Under the pieces are notes generated by a model. The model was not told where the DNA came from, did not search any database, and saw only the letters and a list, made by a program, of their open reading frames with translations. Positions 9,245-17,904 of a DNA stretch of 64,000 nt are shown here, one piece after another. Where the stretch lies: NCBI GenBank assembly GCA_017461745.1, contig JAFTXE010000078.1:30282-94281 (forward strand), written 5' to 3'. This DNA comes from Clostridia bacterium (GTDB lineage Bacteria > Bacillota > Clostridia > Oscillospirales > CAG-272). Each line of letters begins with the position of its first letter. Positions within the stretch are counted from its first letter, which is position 1. Both the position numbers and the translations under genes were made by a program.

Positions 9245-12200
9245 ATGGCTACACAGTGGACAGAAGCACAAAAAACAGCTATTAACACGAAAAACAAAAC
9301 ACTTCTTCTCAGTGCGGCAGCAGGCTCGGGTAAGACCTCTACTCTGACGGAAAGAATAATCCGCTCTATAACTGATCCTGACTCTCCTGCGGATATCTCC
9401 AAGATGCTCATTGTTACCTTTACAAGAGCCTCCGCGACCGACCTCAAAACCAAGATATTCAACGCAGTAAGCAACGCGCTTGCCGAATCCCCCACTGACA
9501 GACATCTGACGGAACAGCTCATAAAGCTTGGAAGCGCAAAAATATCTACTATAGACGCATTCTATCTCAATGCGGTAAAACAGAATTTTTCCGCGTTGGG
9601 ACTCTCTTCCTCATTCAGAATTGCGGATGAATCCGAAACGGTGCTTATAGCAAGAGCCGCAGTTAGTGAGATAATCAACAAATACTACGACACTGTAGAA
9701 GAATTCCCCGCTCTTTGCGAATGCTTTGAGGGCATCAGAGACACAGAAGGCGTTATGGAAGACGTATTGCTTGACCTATATACCGACTGTATGCGTACGC
9801 CTGAAGGCGTTGGATATCTGCGTCAATGCGCAATAAGCGCGGCGGCTGACGCCGACAAGGAATTTTTGGACACGGTATACGGAAAAATTCTCAGCGAGCA
9901 TGCAATATCGACCTTTGGCGCATATATTGACTACTATGAAGACGTGCTTGCAAAAATGCCAGTGGACGAGAAGCTTTACCGAGCGTATTACGACGCTATG
10001 GACAGCGACAGAATTCTGTGCATTAAGACACTCAATATACTCGAAAAGAAAGTAGAAAAACATGAATATTCAGATATTGCTGAGCTTATAAATTCATATC
10101 AATTCCCTGCATTCAAGCCTCTCGGTCCGAAATTTTCAACCGCCCTCAGCGTATTCTGCAAATCTTTGAGAGATAGCTTCAAGGACGCCTTCGGCGAGCT
10201 TAAAAAGCAGTATTTCTGTTACTCTCAGAGAGACTTTTCTATCTTCTTTACGAAAACCGCTCAAATGCTGGAGCTTCTCTACCGTGTACTTTCGGATTTT
10301 GAGGCTCGTTATTCGGAAGAAAAAAAGCACAGAAATATTCTTGAGCTTACTGATGTAAAAAGATACGCCCTCAAGCTATTTGCCAACGAGGACGGCTCGC
10401 CTACTGAGCTTGCGATAAGCTACTCTCAGCAATTTACGGATATTTATATAGACGAATATCAGGACGTCGACCCCGTGCAAGATCTTATATTCCGCTGTAT
10501 TTCTACACCTAAGAACAGATTTATGGTCGGAGATATCAAGCAAAGCATTTACAGCTTCCGCGGAGCACGCCCTCAGCTATTTGCCGATTACAGAGCGGCT
10601 TTTCCCAACCACGATACAAATGCCGCCGAGGGCTCTGACTGCGAGACTATATTCATGTCTGAAAATTTCCGTTGCTCAAAGCCCGTCGTCGATTTCACAA
10701 ACCTTGTGTGTGCCGATATATTCCGCTCGTGTGGAGCAAGTATCGGATACACCAAGGAAGACGATTTGGTATACGCAAAAAAGCTCCCCGAAAACGCTAC
10801 AGAAGCGCCTGACGTAAACGTTGCAATATTCGCAAAAAGTCCCAAAAAGGAAATCTCAGAGGACATTGACGTTACTCTGCTTCCAAGTCCTGCCGAGGCT
10901 GAGGCTGAGTACATTGCTCACGAAATATACGAGTTGATAAAGCACGGACGCAAGCAAGACGGCTCGCGTATTCTTCCCAAGGATATCGCCGTTCTTTTCA
11001 GGAACAAGAGTGCGGCAAGAAGGATATCCGACGCGCTATCCTCGCTTGGAATAATGACGGCTAACACCGAAGCGGCTCAATATTTTCAAAATCCCGACGT
11101 GATTATGACTCTCTGTATTCTCAATGCGGTGGACAATCCTCAGCGAGATATTCAGCTTGCGGGAGCACTGCGCTCACCTATATTTGATTTCACCATGGAC
11201 GAGCTTTTGCTTATAAACCGCAGAGGTGACAAAACACATTCGCTTTACGACAAGCTTTGCATTTGCGCTGAAGAGAAATGTGAGCTTGGAGTTAAGTGTC
11301 TCGAATTTATCAAGCTACTCGATGAATGGCGCAACATTGCGGCTTCGATGCCTATAGATAAATTTTTAAAGCACATATTTGCCTCCGACGCATTCGTTGC
11401 CTCGGGGCTTGTGTGCGAAAAAAATTCGTTGGGAGAGGGCGGAAATCTGCAAAGACTTTACGAATACGCCCGAACCTTTGAGGCAGGCTCTTTTAAGGGT
11501 CTTTACAATTTTATAGAATTTATCAACGCCATAATTGAAAACGGAAAAACTATTGACGTTCGCTCTGAAAGTGATTCCGACACCTGCGTTACACTAACCA
11601 CTATACATAAGTCAAAGGGACTTGAATATCCCGTAGTATTCGTATGCAACGCCTCCGCTGATTTTCAATACGGCAGCTCCAACCCCAATCTCTCCTTTGA
11701 ATATGGCTTGGGAGTGGCGATGACGCTTTCCGACAGCACGGGCTTTGCGTACTACACCTCTCCGCTCAAAAAAATTCTTGACCTCAACAGCAAAAACAAG
11801 ACCGTTGAGGAAGAGATGCGAATACTATACGTTGCACTCACAAGAGCGCGTGAGCGTCTGTACGTCACAGGACATTACTCCAAAACCGTATTGCCTACGA
11901 TAACCGCTTCCGCTGATTTCAACGCAAAATTTGACTGCGACTATGCGAGACTTTCTTCCTCGTCTTATATGGAATGGATACTGTCCGCAATCAAGAAAAG
12001 CGACGGTACGGGTGGAGTTGTACTGCGAGAGTTTGCTACTGATAAGCTTCCAAATCAGAGCTCCGATACTATTGCGCAAGCTAATGATACGTCCGAGAAA
12101 AACGAGAAAAATGTTGAAATGAACGCGGAGCTTTACAATATGCTGAAAGAAAAATTTTCTTTTAAGTATCAGTATTCCGACCTTGGAAGGATACCCGCTA

Positions 12201-12904
12201 AAATATCCGTTTCCAAGCTATCCCCCGACGTTCTTGACCAGAGTGACACTTCCGTTGAACTGTTCGACACGGAAACGGACGTTTCAGTTCCCGAATTTTT
12301 CCTGACCTCTCCAAAGAAGGCAACGAGCGCAGAAAGAGGTACTGCGACGCACTTGTTCTTCCAATTCTGTGATTTTGATTTTCTTAGAAAGCACAATGCC
12401 GTCGAAGCGCTTGCCGCTCTCGTTGACCGAGGATTTATTCCTCAGAAGCTTGCGGACATCACGTATATTGATGAGCTTGAAGCCTTTAAAAACAGCGAAT
12501 TCATGCAAAAGATACTCAACGCAAAAAGGATAATTCGCGAGCAGCGCTTCAATATGCTTTTACCAACGTCGCTTTTCACCCAAAATCCCGAGTTCAGAGA
12601 AAAGACGGAAGCAGAAAAAATAGCGGTACAAGGCGTTATCGACCTTATTCTTATTGACGATAAAGGAAATATAGAGCTATACGATTATAAAACGGACAGA
12701 CTTATGAGACGAGAGCTTGAATCTCCTTCGCTTGCTTGTCAACGCCTCAATCAAACGCACGGTCTTCAGCTCTCTTATTATGAAAAAGCGATAACCCATC
12801 TTTTCGGCAAGTCTCCCGTCCGTGTAGCCGTATATTCAACTCATGCGGCTCGTTTGTTTGATATTGATATAAAGGAGCTTAGTATACCGCGCGACATTCT
12901 TTGA
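9245..12904 (+). CDS. addA: ATP-dependent helicase/nuclease subunit A (AddA, UvrD/Rep SF1 helicase plus RecB-type nuclease)
   Basis: WTEAQKTAI, AAAGSGKT, DEYQD, FSFRGA, TIHKSKGLE and LYVALTRA helicase motifs. C-terminal PD-(D/E)xK motif GVIDLI..D-YKTD. Confidence 0.93.
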   Translation: MATQWTEAQKTAINTKNKTLLLSAAAGSGKTSTLTERIIRSITDPDSPADISKMLIVTFTRASATDLKTKIFNAVSNALAESPTDRHLTEQLIKLGSAKISTIDAFYLNAVKQNFSALGLSSSFRIADESETVLIARAAVSEIINKYYDTVEEFPALCECFEGIRDTEGVMEDVLLDLYTDCMRTPEGVGYLRQCAISAAADADKEFLDTVYGKILSEHAISTFGAYIDYYEDVLAKMPVDEKLYRAYYDAMDSDRILCIKTLNILEKKVEKHEYSDIAELINSYQFPAFKPLGPKFSTALSVFCKSLRDSFKDAFGELKKQYFCYSQRDFSIFFTKTAQMLELLYRVLSDFEARYSEEKKHRNILELTDVKRYALKLFANEDGSPTELAISYSQQFTDIYIDEYQDVDPVQDLIFRCISTPKNRFMVGDIKQSIYSFRGARPQLFADYRAAFPNHDTNAAEGSDCETIFMSENFRCSKPVVDFTNLVCADIFRSCGASIGYTKEDDLVYAKKLPENATEAPDVNVAIFAKSPKKEISEDIDVTLLPSPAEAEAEYIAHEIYELIKHGRKQDGSRILPKDIAVLFRNKSAARRISDALSSLGIMTANTEAAQYFQNPDVIMTLCILNAVDNPQRDIQLAGALRSPIFDFTMDELLLINRRGDKTHSLYDKLCICAEEKCELGVKCLEFIKLLDEWRNIAASMPIDKFLKHIFASDAFVASGLVCEKNSLGEGGNLQRLYEYARTFEAGSFKGLYNFIEFINAIIENGKTIDVRSESDSDTCVTLTTIHKSKGLEYPVVFVCNASADFQYGSSNPNLSFEYGLGVAMTLSDSTGFAYYTSPLKKILDLNSKNKTVEEEMRILYVALTRARERLYVTGHYSKTVLPTITASADFNAKFDCDYARLSSSSYMEWILSAIKKSDGTGGVVLREFATDKLPNQSSDTIAQANDTSEKNEKNVEMNAELYNMLKEKFSFKYQYSDLGRIPAKISVSKLSPDVLDQSDTSVELFDTETDVSVPEFFLTSPKKATSAERGTATHLFFQFCDFDFLRKHNAVEALAALVDRGFIPQKLADITYIDELEAFKNSEFMQKILNAKRIIREQRFNMLLPTSLFTQNPEFREKTEAEKIAVQGVIDLILIDDKGNIELYDYKTDRLMRRELESPSLACQRLNQTHGLQLSYYEKAITHLFGKSPVRVAVYSTHAARLFDIDIKELSIPRDIL

Positions 12905-12930
12905 CATTTTTGTTTGTTGCCACATATGAT
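12901..12930 (+). promoter_or_regulatory. Putative sigma-A promoter for the DUF11 gene
   Basis: TTGACA (12901-12906, overlapping the addA stop), 18-nt spacer, TATGAT (12925-12930). Confidence 0.4.
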
Positions 12931-12976
12931 GTTATAGAGGTGCTATCCTCAAATACATTTTACTTAAGGAGTCACT

Positions 12977-13834
12977 ATGGCAACAATAGAAAATTTCGCC
13001 ACCGTCAGTTATACGTCGGGTGGCGTTAGCGCTACGAAAATTTCAAATCTTGCGGAGATTGAGCTTGATTCTTCGCTGAGCTTTTCAAAAACCACCTTGG
13101 GAACGACTTACTCGGCAAATACACCCGTTACCTACGTTCTTTCGGTAACAAACAGCTCAACCGCTCCTATAACAAACATTGTTATAACAGACGACCTCGG
13201 TACGTTTACGCTTGACACTACCGAGCTTACGCCGCTGACGTTCGTTGAGCCTGCCCTTTTGCTCATAAACGGTCAGGACTCAACGTCTCAGCTTACGGTT
13301 GACAGTACGACGGCGGGCAGCTTGGTATTTACTATTCCTACTCTTGCGCCCTCAGCTACCGCAAACATTATTTACAACGCACTGCCCAATGAATTTGCGG
13401 CGTTAGCATCAGGCTCGTTTATCACAAATAACGCAACACTCTCAAGCGATTCTGACTGTGCTGACGGCGCGGCTACCGCAACGGTTACGGTGGCTGACGC
13501 GGCTGACGTTGAGGTAGTCAAGACGATGTCGCCCAATCCCGTCGTATGCGGTGATACCGTTACCTACACCATACGCATTTACAACTACGGTAACATAGAC
13601 GCAGAAAACGTTGTTCTTACGGATACCTTTACGCCCGCGCCTGAAAATATCACTGTATATCGCAACGGCGTAATGCTTGACGGAACGGGATATACTTATA
13701 TTGACGGCACGCTGACCGTTCCCGCTACAGCGGGTGACACAGTTCCCGCCGCTGTCTTTACAAGGGACGCTACCACGGGTGAGGTAAGCGTTACCCCCGG
13801 TGTTGTGGAGTACGTTATTACCGGAACAATCTAA
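12977..13834 (+). CDS. Tandem DUF11 (conserved repeat domain) protein with no signal peptide
   Basis: Two modules with the DUF11-like signature (TPVTYVLSVTNSSTAPITNIVITDDL and GDTVTYTIRIYNYGNIDAENVVLTDTF). Thr/Ala/Val-rich beta-type composition. AAGGAG RBS. No N-terminal hydrophobic segment. Confidence 0.6.
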   Translation: MATIENFATVSYTSGGVSATKISNLAEIELDSSLSFSKTTLGTTYSANTPVTYVLSVTNSSTAPITNIVITDDLGTFTLDTTELTPLTFVEPALLLINGQDSTSQLTVDSTTAGSLVFTIPTLAPSATANIIYNALPNEFAALASGSFITNNATLSSDSDCADGAATATVTVADAADVEVVKTMSPNPVVCGDTVTYTIRIYNYGNIDAENVVLTDTFTPAPENITVYRNGVMLDGTGYTYIDGTLTVPATAGDTVPAAVFTRDATTGEVSVTPGVVEYVITGTI

Positions 13835-13856
13835 AATAATTTCCCAAAATATTTAT

Positions 13857-13888
13857 GGGAGCTGAATCATTAACTTGATTCAGCTCCC
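13857..13888 (+). terminator. GC-rich hairpin downstream of the DUF11 gene; it is also the left cap of repeat element A
   Basis: GGGAGCTGAATCA-TTAACT-TGATTCAGCTCCC, a 13-bp perfect stem. The downstream T-tract is weak. Confidence 0.6.
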
Positions 13889-14303
13889 ACAATTTTTAAG
13901 ATATATCCCAAAATTATGATTTATCGGGGAGTAAGATATCTATGTTCGCTCTCTTTGGGTGTCATTCTGAGCAGAAGAGAGTTAGTGGGTGTACCTAATA
14001 AACAGTGCGACAATGTTTGCACAAGCAAACTTGGGACGGAGCGTAGCGGAGTGTAGAATCTTTGCGACGAAGGAGCAACTAACGACATAGTTATTGGGAG
14101 ATTTCTTGAAGTACAAGAGATTACCCTTCTAAGTTGGTTATTGCCGCAAGCGGCAAAGATCCTTCGAATTTAGTGCTCCCAATTTTATGCATACGCTCAG
14201 GATGACACAGAGAGAGTGCATACATATCGAACAGCCTGATAAATCATAATTTAGCGATATTGAAAAGTCAAAGGGCTTAAGTCAAGTTAATGACTTAGCC
14301 CTT
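13857..14303. repeat. Hairpin-capped palindromic (MITE-like) intergenic element, copy A, with a 222-nt unique core
   Basis: Inverted hairpin caps at 13857-13888 and 14271-14303. Perfect 15-nt inverted repeats at 13911-13925 and 14238-14252 extend to a ~60-bp imperfect duplex. The termini are shared with 57292-57606. No ORF of 60 aa or more. Confidence 0.6.
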
Positions 14304-14381
14304 TTATACTATGTTATTTGATTTTTCTTATCTTTTATTCGTGTATTTTTTTTGCTAAACGCAACAGCACTTATTAAAATT

Positions 14382-16442
14382 TTATGAGTTTTCCTTCTTA
14401 TAGTTCTCAACTATCTTTGCCGCAATGTTTCCGGGAACGATATCGTAAGCGTTTACAGCGTACTCAAAGCTTCCTCTACCCTGAGTCATTGCGCGGAGAA
14501 TGATGGGATATTCAACAAGCTCTGCCTTGGGAGCGAGAGCGTGTACTACCGTATAGCCCTTCTTATTCTCTACGGGCTCCATACCCATAACTGCGCCGCG
14601 TCTCTTATTAAGGTCTCCCATAACGTCACCCACGAGCGCGTCGGGAACGTAAATATCAAGATCGCCTACGGGCTCAAGAATTACGGGAGCCGCCTGCTCA
14701 AGACACTTCTTATATGCGATATTTGCCGCCGTCTTGAAGGATATTTCATCAGAGTCAACGTCATGGTAAGAGCCGTCATAGAGGTCTGCCGCAAGTCCTA
14801 CGAGCGGGAAGCCTGCAACGCCCTTTGCCATGGAGTCCTGAAGTCCCTTTTCTACTGCGGGATAGAAGTTCTTGGGAACAGTTCCGCCAACGACGGAAAC
14901 GGTAAATTCAAGACCTTCACTCTCAGAGGGAGCAAAGCGAATCTTAACGTGACCGTACTGACCCGATCCTCCATTCTGCTTCTTATGCTTTCCTTCAACG
15001 TCAACTCTCTTGGTTATCTTCTCGCGGTACGCTATCTTAGGCGTATCAAAGTTGACGCTTACTCCAAATCTGTTCTTAAGCTTTGCGGAAAGAACTGCCA
15101 AATGCATATCTCCAAGTCCCGAAACGAGCATCTGCTTAGTCTCGGAATTATTCTCATATTTAACTGTGAGGTCTTCCTCAATCATCTTGACTATACTCTG
15201 AGATATCTTGCCCTCGTCCTTTGCGGTTGCGGGTATCATGGCCTTGGTATAGTAAGAGGTGGGATATGTAATAGGAGCGAACTTCATCTCCTTATTCCAC
15301 GTCAGCGTATCGTTGGTATTAGTACCCGTAAGCTTTGCTACCATACCAATATCGCCGCATGCAAGCTCGTCTACCTCGGTCTGCTTCTTACCGTTCATAA
15401 CGTAGATATGAGCAAGCTTTTCGCTGTCGCCCGTTGTATTATTCTGCATGAGCAGATCGCGCTTAACAGTTCCGTTCATTACCTTGAAGTAGGACATCTT
15501 ACCTACGAAGGGGTCAGCGACTGTCTTGAATACGAACAGCGCAGGCTCGCCCTCGGGAGTAATCTCTACGGTCGAGCCATCAGCCAGCGTTTCGTTCTTC
15601 TTAGCGGTATGTCTCGGGAAGGACTCTGTAATCTTATCGAGCATTGTCCAAACGCCCCAAAGCTTTGTTGCCGCTCCGCAGAATACGGGAACGATATCGC
15701 CGTGAATTATACCCTCGTGAACTGCGTTTATTGCTTCCATATGGGTAATCTCTTCACCGTCGAAATACTTCATCATCAAGTCCTCGTTGGTACTTGCAAC
15801 GGCTTCCATTAGCATATCGCGATACTTCTCTACCGCTTCCATAGACTCGGCGGGAATGACCTCAACGCTATGACGTCCGTTATCGTCGAATACGTGAGCA
15901 GACTGGTCAATAAGGTCTATACAACCCTTAACTACGCCATCCTTAACCATAGGAATAGTCAAGGGGCATATATGCTTACCGAAGGTAACGTGCAAATCGT
16001 CAAGAACACGTGCAAAACGCGCGTCGTTATCGTCGAACTTATTGATAAAGAACGCTCTGGGCAGCTTTGCCTCGTCGGCATATCCCCAAGCAAGCTCCGT
16101 TCCTATTTCAATTCCCGCCTTACCGTCAACAACGATTATCGCGCTGTCTGCAACGCGGAGCGCCTGCTTCGTCTCGCCGACGAAATCGAGATATCCAGGG
16201 GTATCGAGAATATTTATCTTACAATCCTTCCACGTCATATTTACAACGGACGCAGAAAGCGAGAAGCCTCTCTTTACCTCCTCTGCATCAAAGTCAGAAA
16301 CGGTATTTCCGTCACTAACCTTTCCCAAACGATCTATCGCACCCGTTATATAGAGCATAGACTCGGAAAGCGACGTTTTTCCGCTTCCTCCGTGTCCAAG
16401 CAATGCAATATTTCTGATTTTTTTGGTTTCTACCATAGCCAT
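14382..16442 (-). CDS. Elongation factor G paralog (EF-G2-like translational GTPase)
   Basis: G1 GHGGSGKTS, G3 DTPGYLDF, NKFD, and EF-G domains II-V recognisable by eye. The true start is the ATG at 16442 (MAMVETKK, GGAGG RBS). The track's 69-aa upstream extension is intergenic. Confidence 0.85.
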   Translation of the reverse strand: MAMVETKKIRNIALLGHGGSGKTSLSESMLYITGAIDRLGKVSDGNTVSDFDAEEVKRGFSLSASVVNMTWKDCKINILDTPGYLDFVGETKQALRVADSAIIVVDGKAGIEIGTELAWGYADEAKLPRAFFINKFDDNDARFARVLDDLHVTFGKHICPLTIPMVKDGVVKGCIDLIDQSAHVFDDNGRHSVEVIPAESMEAVEKYRDMLMEAVASTNEDLMMKYFDGEEITHMEAINAVHEGIIHGDIVPVFCGAATKLWGVWTMLDKITESFPRHTAKKNETLADGSTVEITPEGEPALFVFKTVADPFVGKMSYFKVMNGTVKRDLLMQNNTTGDSEKLAHIYVMNGKKQTEVDELACGDIGMVAKLTGTNTNDTLTWNKEMKFAPITYPTSYYTKAMIPATAKDEGKISQSIVKMIEEDLTVKYENNSETKQMLVSGLGDMHLAVLSAKLKNRFGVSVNFDTPKIAYREKITKRVDVEGKHKKQNGGSGQYGHVKIRFAPSESEGLEFTVSVVGGTVPKNFYPAVEKGLQDSMAKGVAGFPLVGLAADLYDGSYHDVDSDEISFKTAANIAYKKCLEQAAPVILEPVGDLDIYVPDALVGDVMGDLNKRRGAVMGMEPVENKKGYTVVHALAPKAELVEYPIILRAMTQGRGSFEYAVNAYDIVPGNIAAKIVENYKKENS

Positions 16443-16491
16443 TGGTTTTTCCTCCTTCTCCGCGCTTTGCGGGAAACAAATAATATATATA

Positions 16492-16520
16492 ATTATACAA
16501 TATATTGGTGAATTTTTCAA
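16492..16520 (-). promoter_or_regulatory. Sigma-A promoter of the EF-G paralog
   Basis: Minus strand: TTGAAA, 17 nt, TGTATAAT. Confidence 0.55.
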
Positions 16521-16598
16521 GATATTTTCTTGTATTTTTTCAATGTCACGCGTAGAAATATTAGTGATTTTTTTGTTGATTTTGCCCAAAAGACGAGT

Positions 16599-16636
16599 AA
16601 AAAAAGATGCGAGCCGTCCACTAACTCGCATCTTTT
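16599..16636 (-). terminator. Intrinsic terminator
   Basis: Minus strand: AAGATGCGAG-loop-CTCGCATCTT followed by TTTTTTT. Confidence 0.75.
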
Positions 16637-16653
16637 CTATAAGAATCCGCATA

Positions 16654-16682
16654 TCAAAGGAGCGGGGCTCCCGCCCCTTTGA
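16654..16682 (-). terminator. GC-rich hairpin directly after the zinc-ribbon gene
   Basis: TCAAAGGAGCGGGG-CTC-CCGCCCCTTTGA. There is no clean U-tract. Confidence 0.45.
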
Positions 16683-16708
16683 TACGGCAATTTTTATAAT
16701 TAGTATAA

Positions 16709-17029
16709 TTAGTTATTAGCGTTCTTCATTTCTTCGAAACAAGCGCTACAGTAAACGGGTCTGTCGTTGGAGGGCTGGAATATTACCTTTGCCTCGCCTC
16801 CGCACTTAGCGCATACAGTCGTGAAGTACTCACGAGGAGCTCTTCCCGCATTCTTCTTTGCATCGCGGCAAGCCTTGCAAGCCTTAGGCTTGTTCATAAA
16901 GCCCTTCTCTTTGTAGAATCTCTGCTCACCTGCAGTGAATACGAACTCATTTCCGCAATCCTTGCATACCAGAGTCTCGTCTACAAACTCCTCACCTGTC
17001 TCCATACCGACTTTTACTTCTTCGTTCAT
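16709..17029 (-). CDS. Small zinc-ribbon protein with four CxxC motifs
   Basis: CKDC..CKAC and CAKC..CSAC pairs, with FYKEKGF between them. 106 aa with a GAGG RBS. Confidence 0.7.
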   Translation of the reverse strand: MNEEVKVGMETGEEFVDETLVCKDCGNEFVFTAGEQRFYKEKGFMNKPKACKACRDAKKNAGRAPREYFTTVCAKCGGEAKVIFQPSNDRPVYCSACFEEMKNANN

Positions 17030-17126
17030 GATTTTACCTCGCTTTGTAATTATGTTTGTTCTCTCCCACCGTCAGCTCATGGACTCTTCCGCGGTGAGAT
17101 ATATATGATTCGGTTTCCCGTATCAT

Positions 17127-17708
17127 TCAAAATGTTTCATGGAGCAATGCTCTCAGCTTTCTTCGGATTCTATATATGGCATTAGTCACGGATTTTTCAT
17201 CTTTGCCAAGCAAAACGCATATCTGCTTTGCCGTTCTTCCCGATACATATAACTGCCATATGTGATATTCAAACTCAGAAAGATTTATTCTTATGACCGA
17301 ATAAAGCGATTTCAAGCTCTCCTGTTCCAGAATTCTCATGGACGGATCTTCCGAATCGTTATTAAACAAACCTTCCCCAGATGTGTCAGACAGCCTTTCG
17401 GACTTTCTCTTCTTGAGTACTCTCATTTGCGATATCAAAGCGTTTGAAATACATATCTTAGCGTACAAGCCAAAATCTACCTCATGCTGCTCTGTGTCAT
17501 AAGTCAGTATGGAATTATAGAACACTACCGTTGCCTCCTGTCGAAAATCCTCAATATGAATTACATATTCTTCATCAAGGCATTTTACGACCGACGCTTC
17601 TATAAGCGGGGTGTATTTTTCGAGAAGTAACTCAAAAGCGCTATTATCCCCGTCTTTTACTCGGGAGATAAGCTCATTGGTATCTCGATTTTTTTCGCAA
17701 TCGATCAT
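17127..17708 (-). CDS. Sigma-70 family RNA polymerase sigma factor (SigH-like, regions 2 and 4)
   Basis: Region 2 is like DNSAFELLLEKYTPLI..FRQEATVVFYNSI. Region 4 HTH is GRTAKQICVLLGKDEKSVTNAIYRIRRKL. 193 aa. Confidence 0.75.
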   Translation of the reverse strand: MIDCEKNRDTNELISRVKDGDNSAFELLLEKYTPLIEASVVKCLDEEYVIHIEDFRQEATVVFYNSILTYDTEQHEVDFGLYAKICISNALISQMRVLKKRKSERLSDTSGEGLFNNDSEDPSMRILEQESLKSLYSVIRINLSEFEYHIWQLYVSGRTAKQICVLLGKDEKSVTNAIYRIRRKLRALLHETF

Positions 17709-17757
17709 GCTTCCTCCGCCTATCCTGCTCGGATAGTATTTTTAGTCCACACATATT

Positions 17758-17785
17758 ATTATATCATGAATTTACATAATGTCAA
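17758..17785 (-). promoter_or_regulatory. Sigma-A promoter of the sigma-factor gene
   Basis: Minus strand: TTGACA, 16 nt, TATAAT. Confidence 0.5.
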
Positions 17786-17904
17786 GGGTATTTTTAAAAA
17801 AAGTTTTGTAAAAAATTGATGAAAATAGTCGTTCATAGTCATTGTAAACATAAAACGACGCTTTTTTTTGGCAAAAATCCACACACGAGGGTTATCGGTA
17901 AAAA

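Noticed and set aside
13897-13924. dif/Xer recombination site hidden in the element termini (TTATGATTTAT resembles the XerD arm TTATGTTAAAT)
   Set aside because: The 11 nt on the other side of a 6-nt spacer (TAAGATATATC) is not an inverted partner of the putative XerD arm (expected ..CATAA inner end). The 11-6-11 dif architecture is therefore not met.
14541-15812. 423-aa plus-strand ORF antisense to the EF-G paralog
   Set aside because: It is a shadow ORF opposite a well-supported conserved gene, with no recognisable motifs. The same reasoning applies to 22314-23183(-), 25052-25987(+) and 44723-45634(-).
16443-16652. 69-aa N-terminal extension of the EF-G paralog ORF (MRILIEKMRV...)
   Set aside because: The extension spans the promoter and leader. 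A GGAGG RBS sits directly before the internal ATG at 16442, which yields the canonical EF-G N-terminus. Similar track extensions were trimmed for addB, gdhA, mgtE, gpr, potA, the antiporter, both lipoproteins and htrA.
16709-17029. Zinc-ribbon protein as an anti-sigma factor for the upstream sigma gene
   Set aside because: It lacks the HxxxCxxC ZAS motif and any TM segment. It is separated from the sigma gene by 97 nt and belongs by pattern to a broadly distributed 4xCxxC small-protein type. No support beyond proximity.
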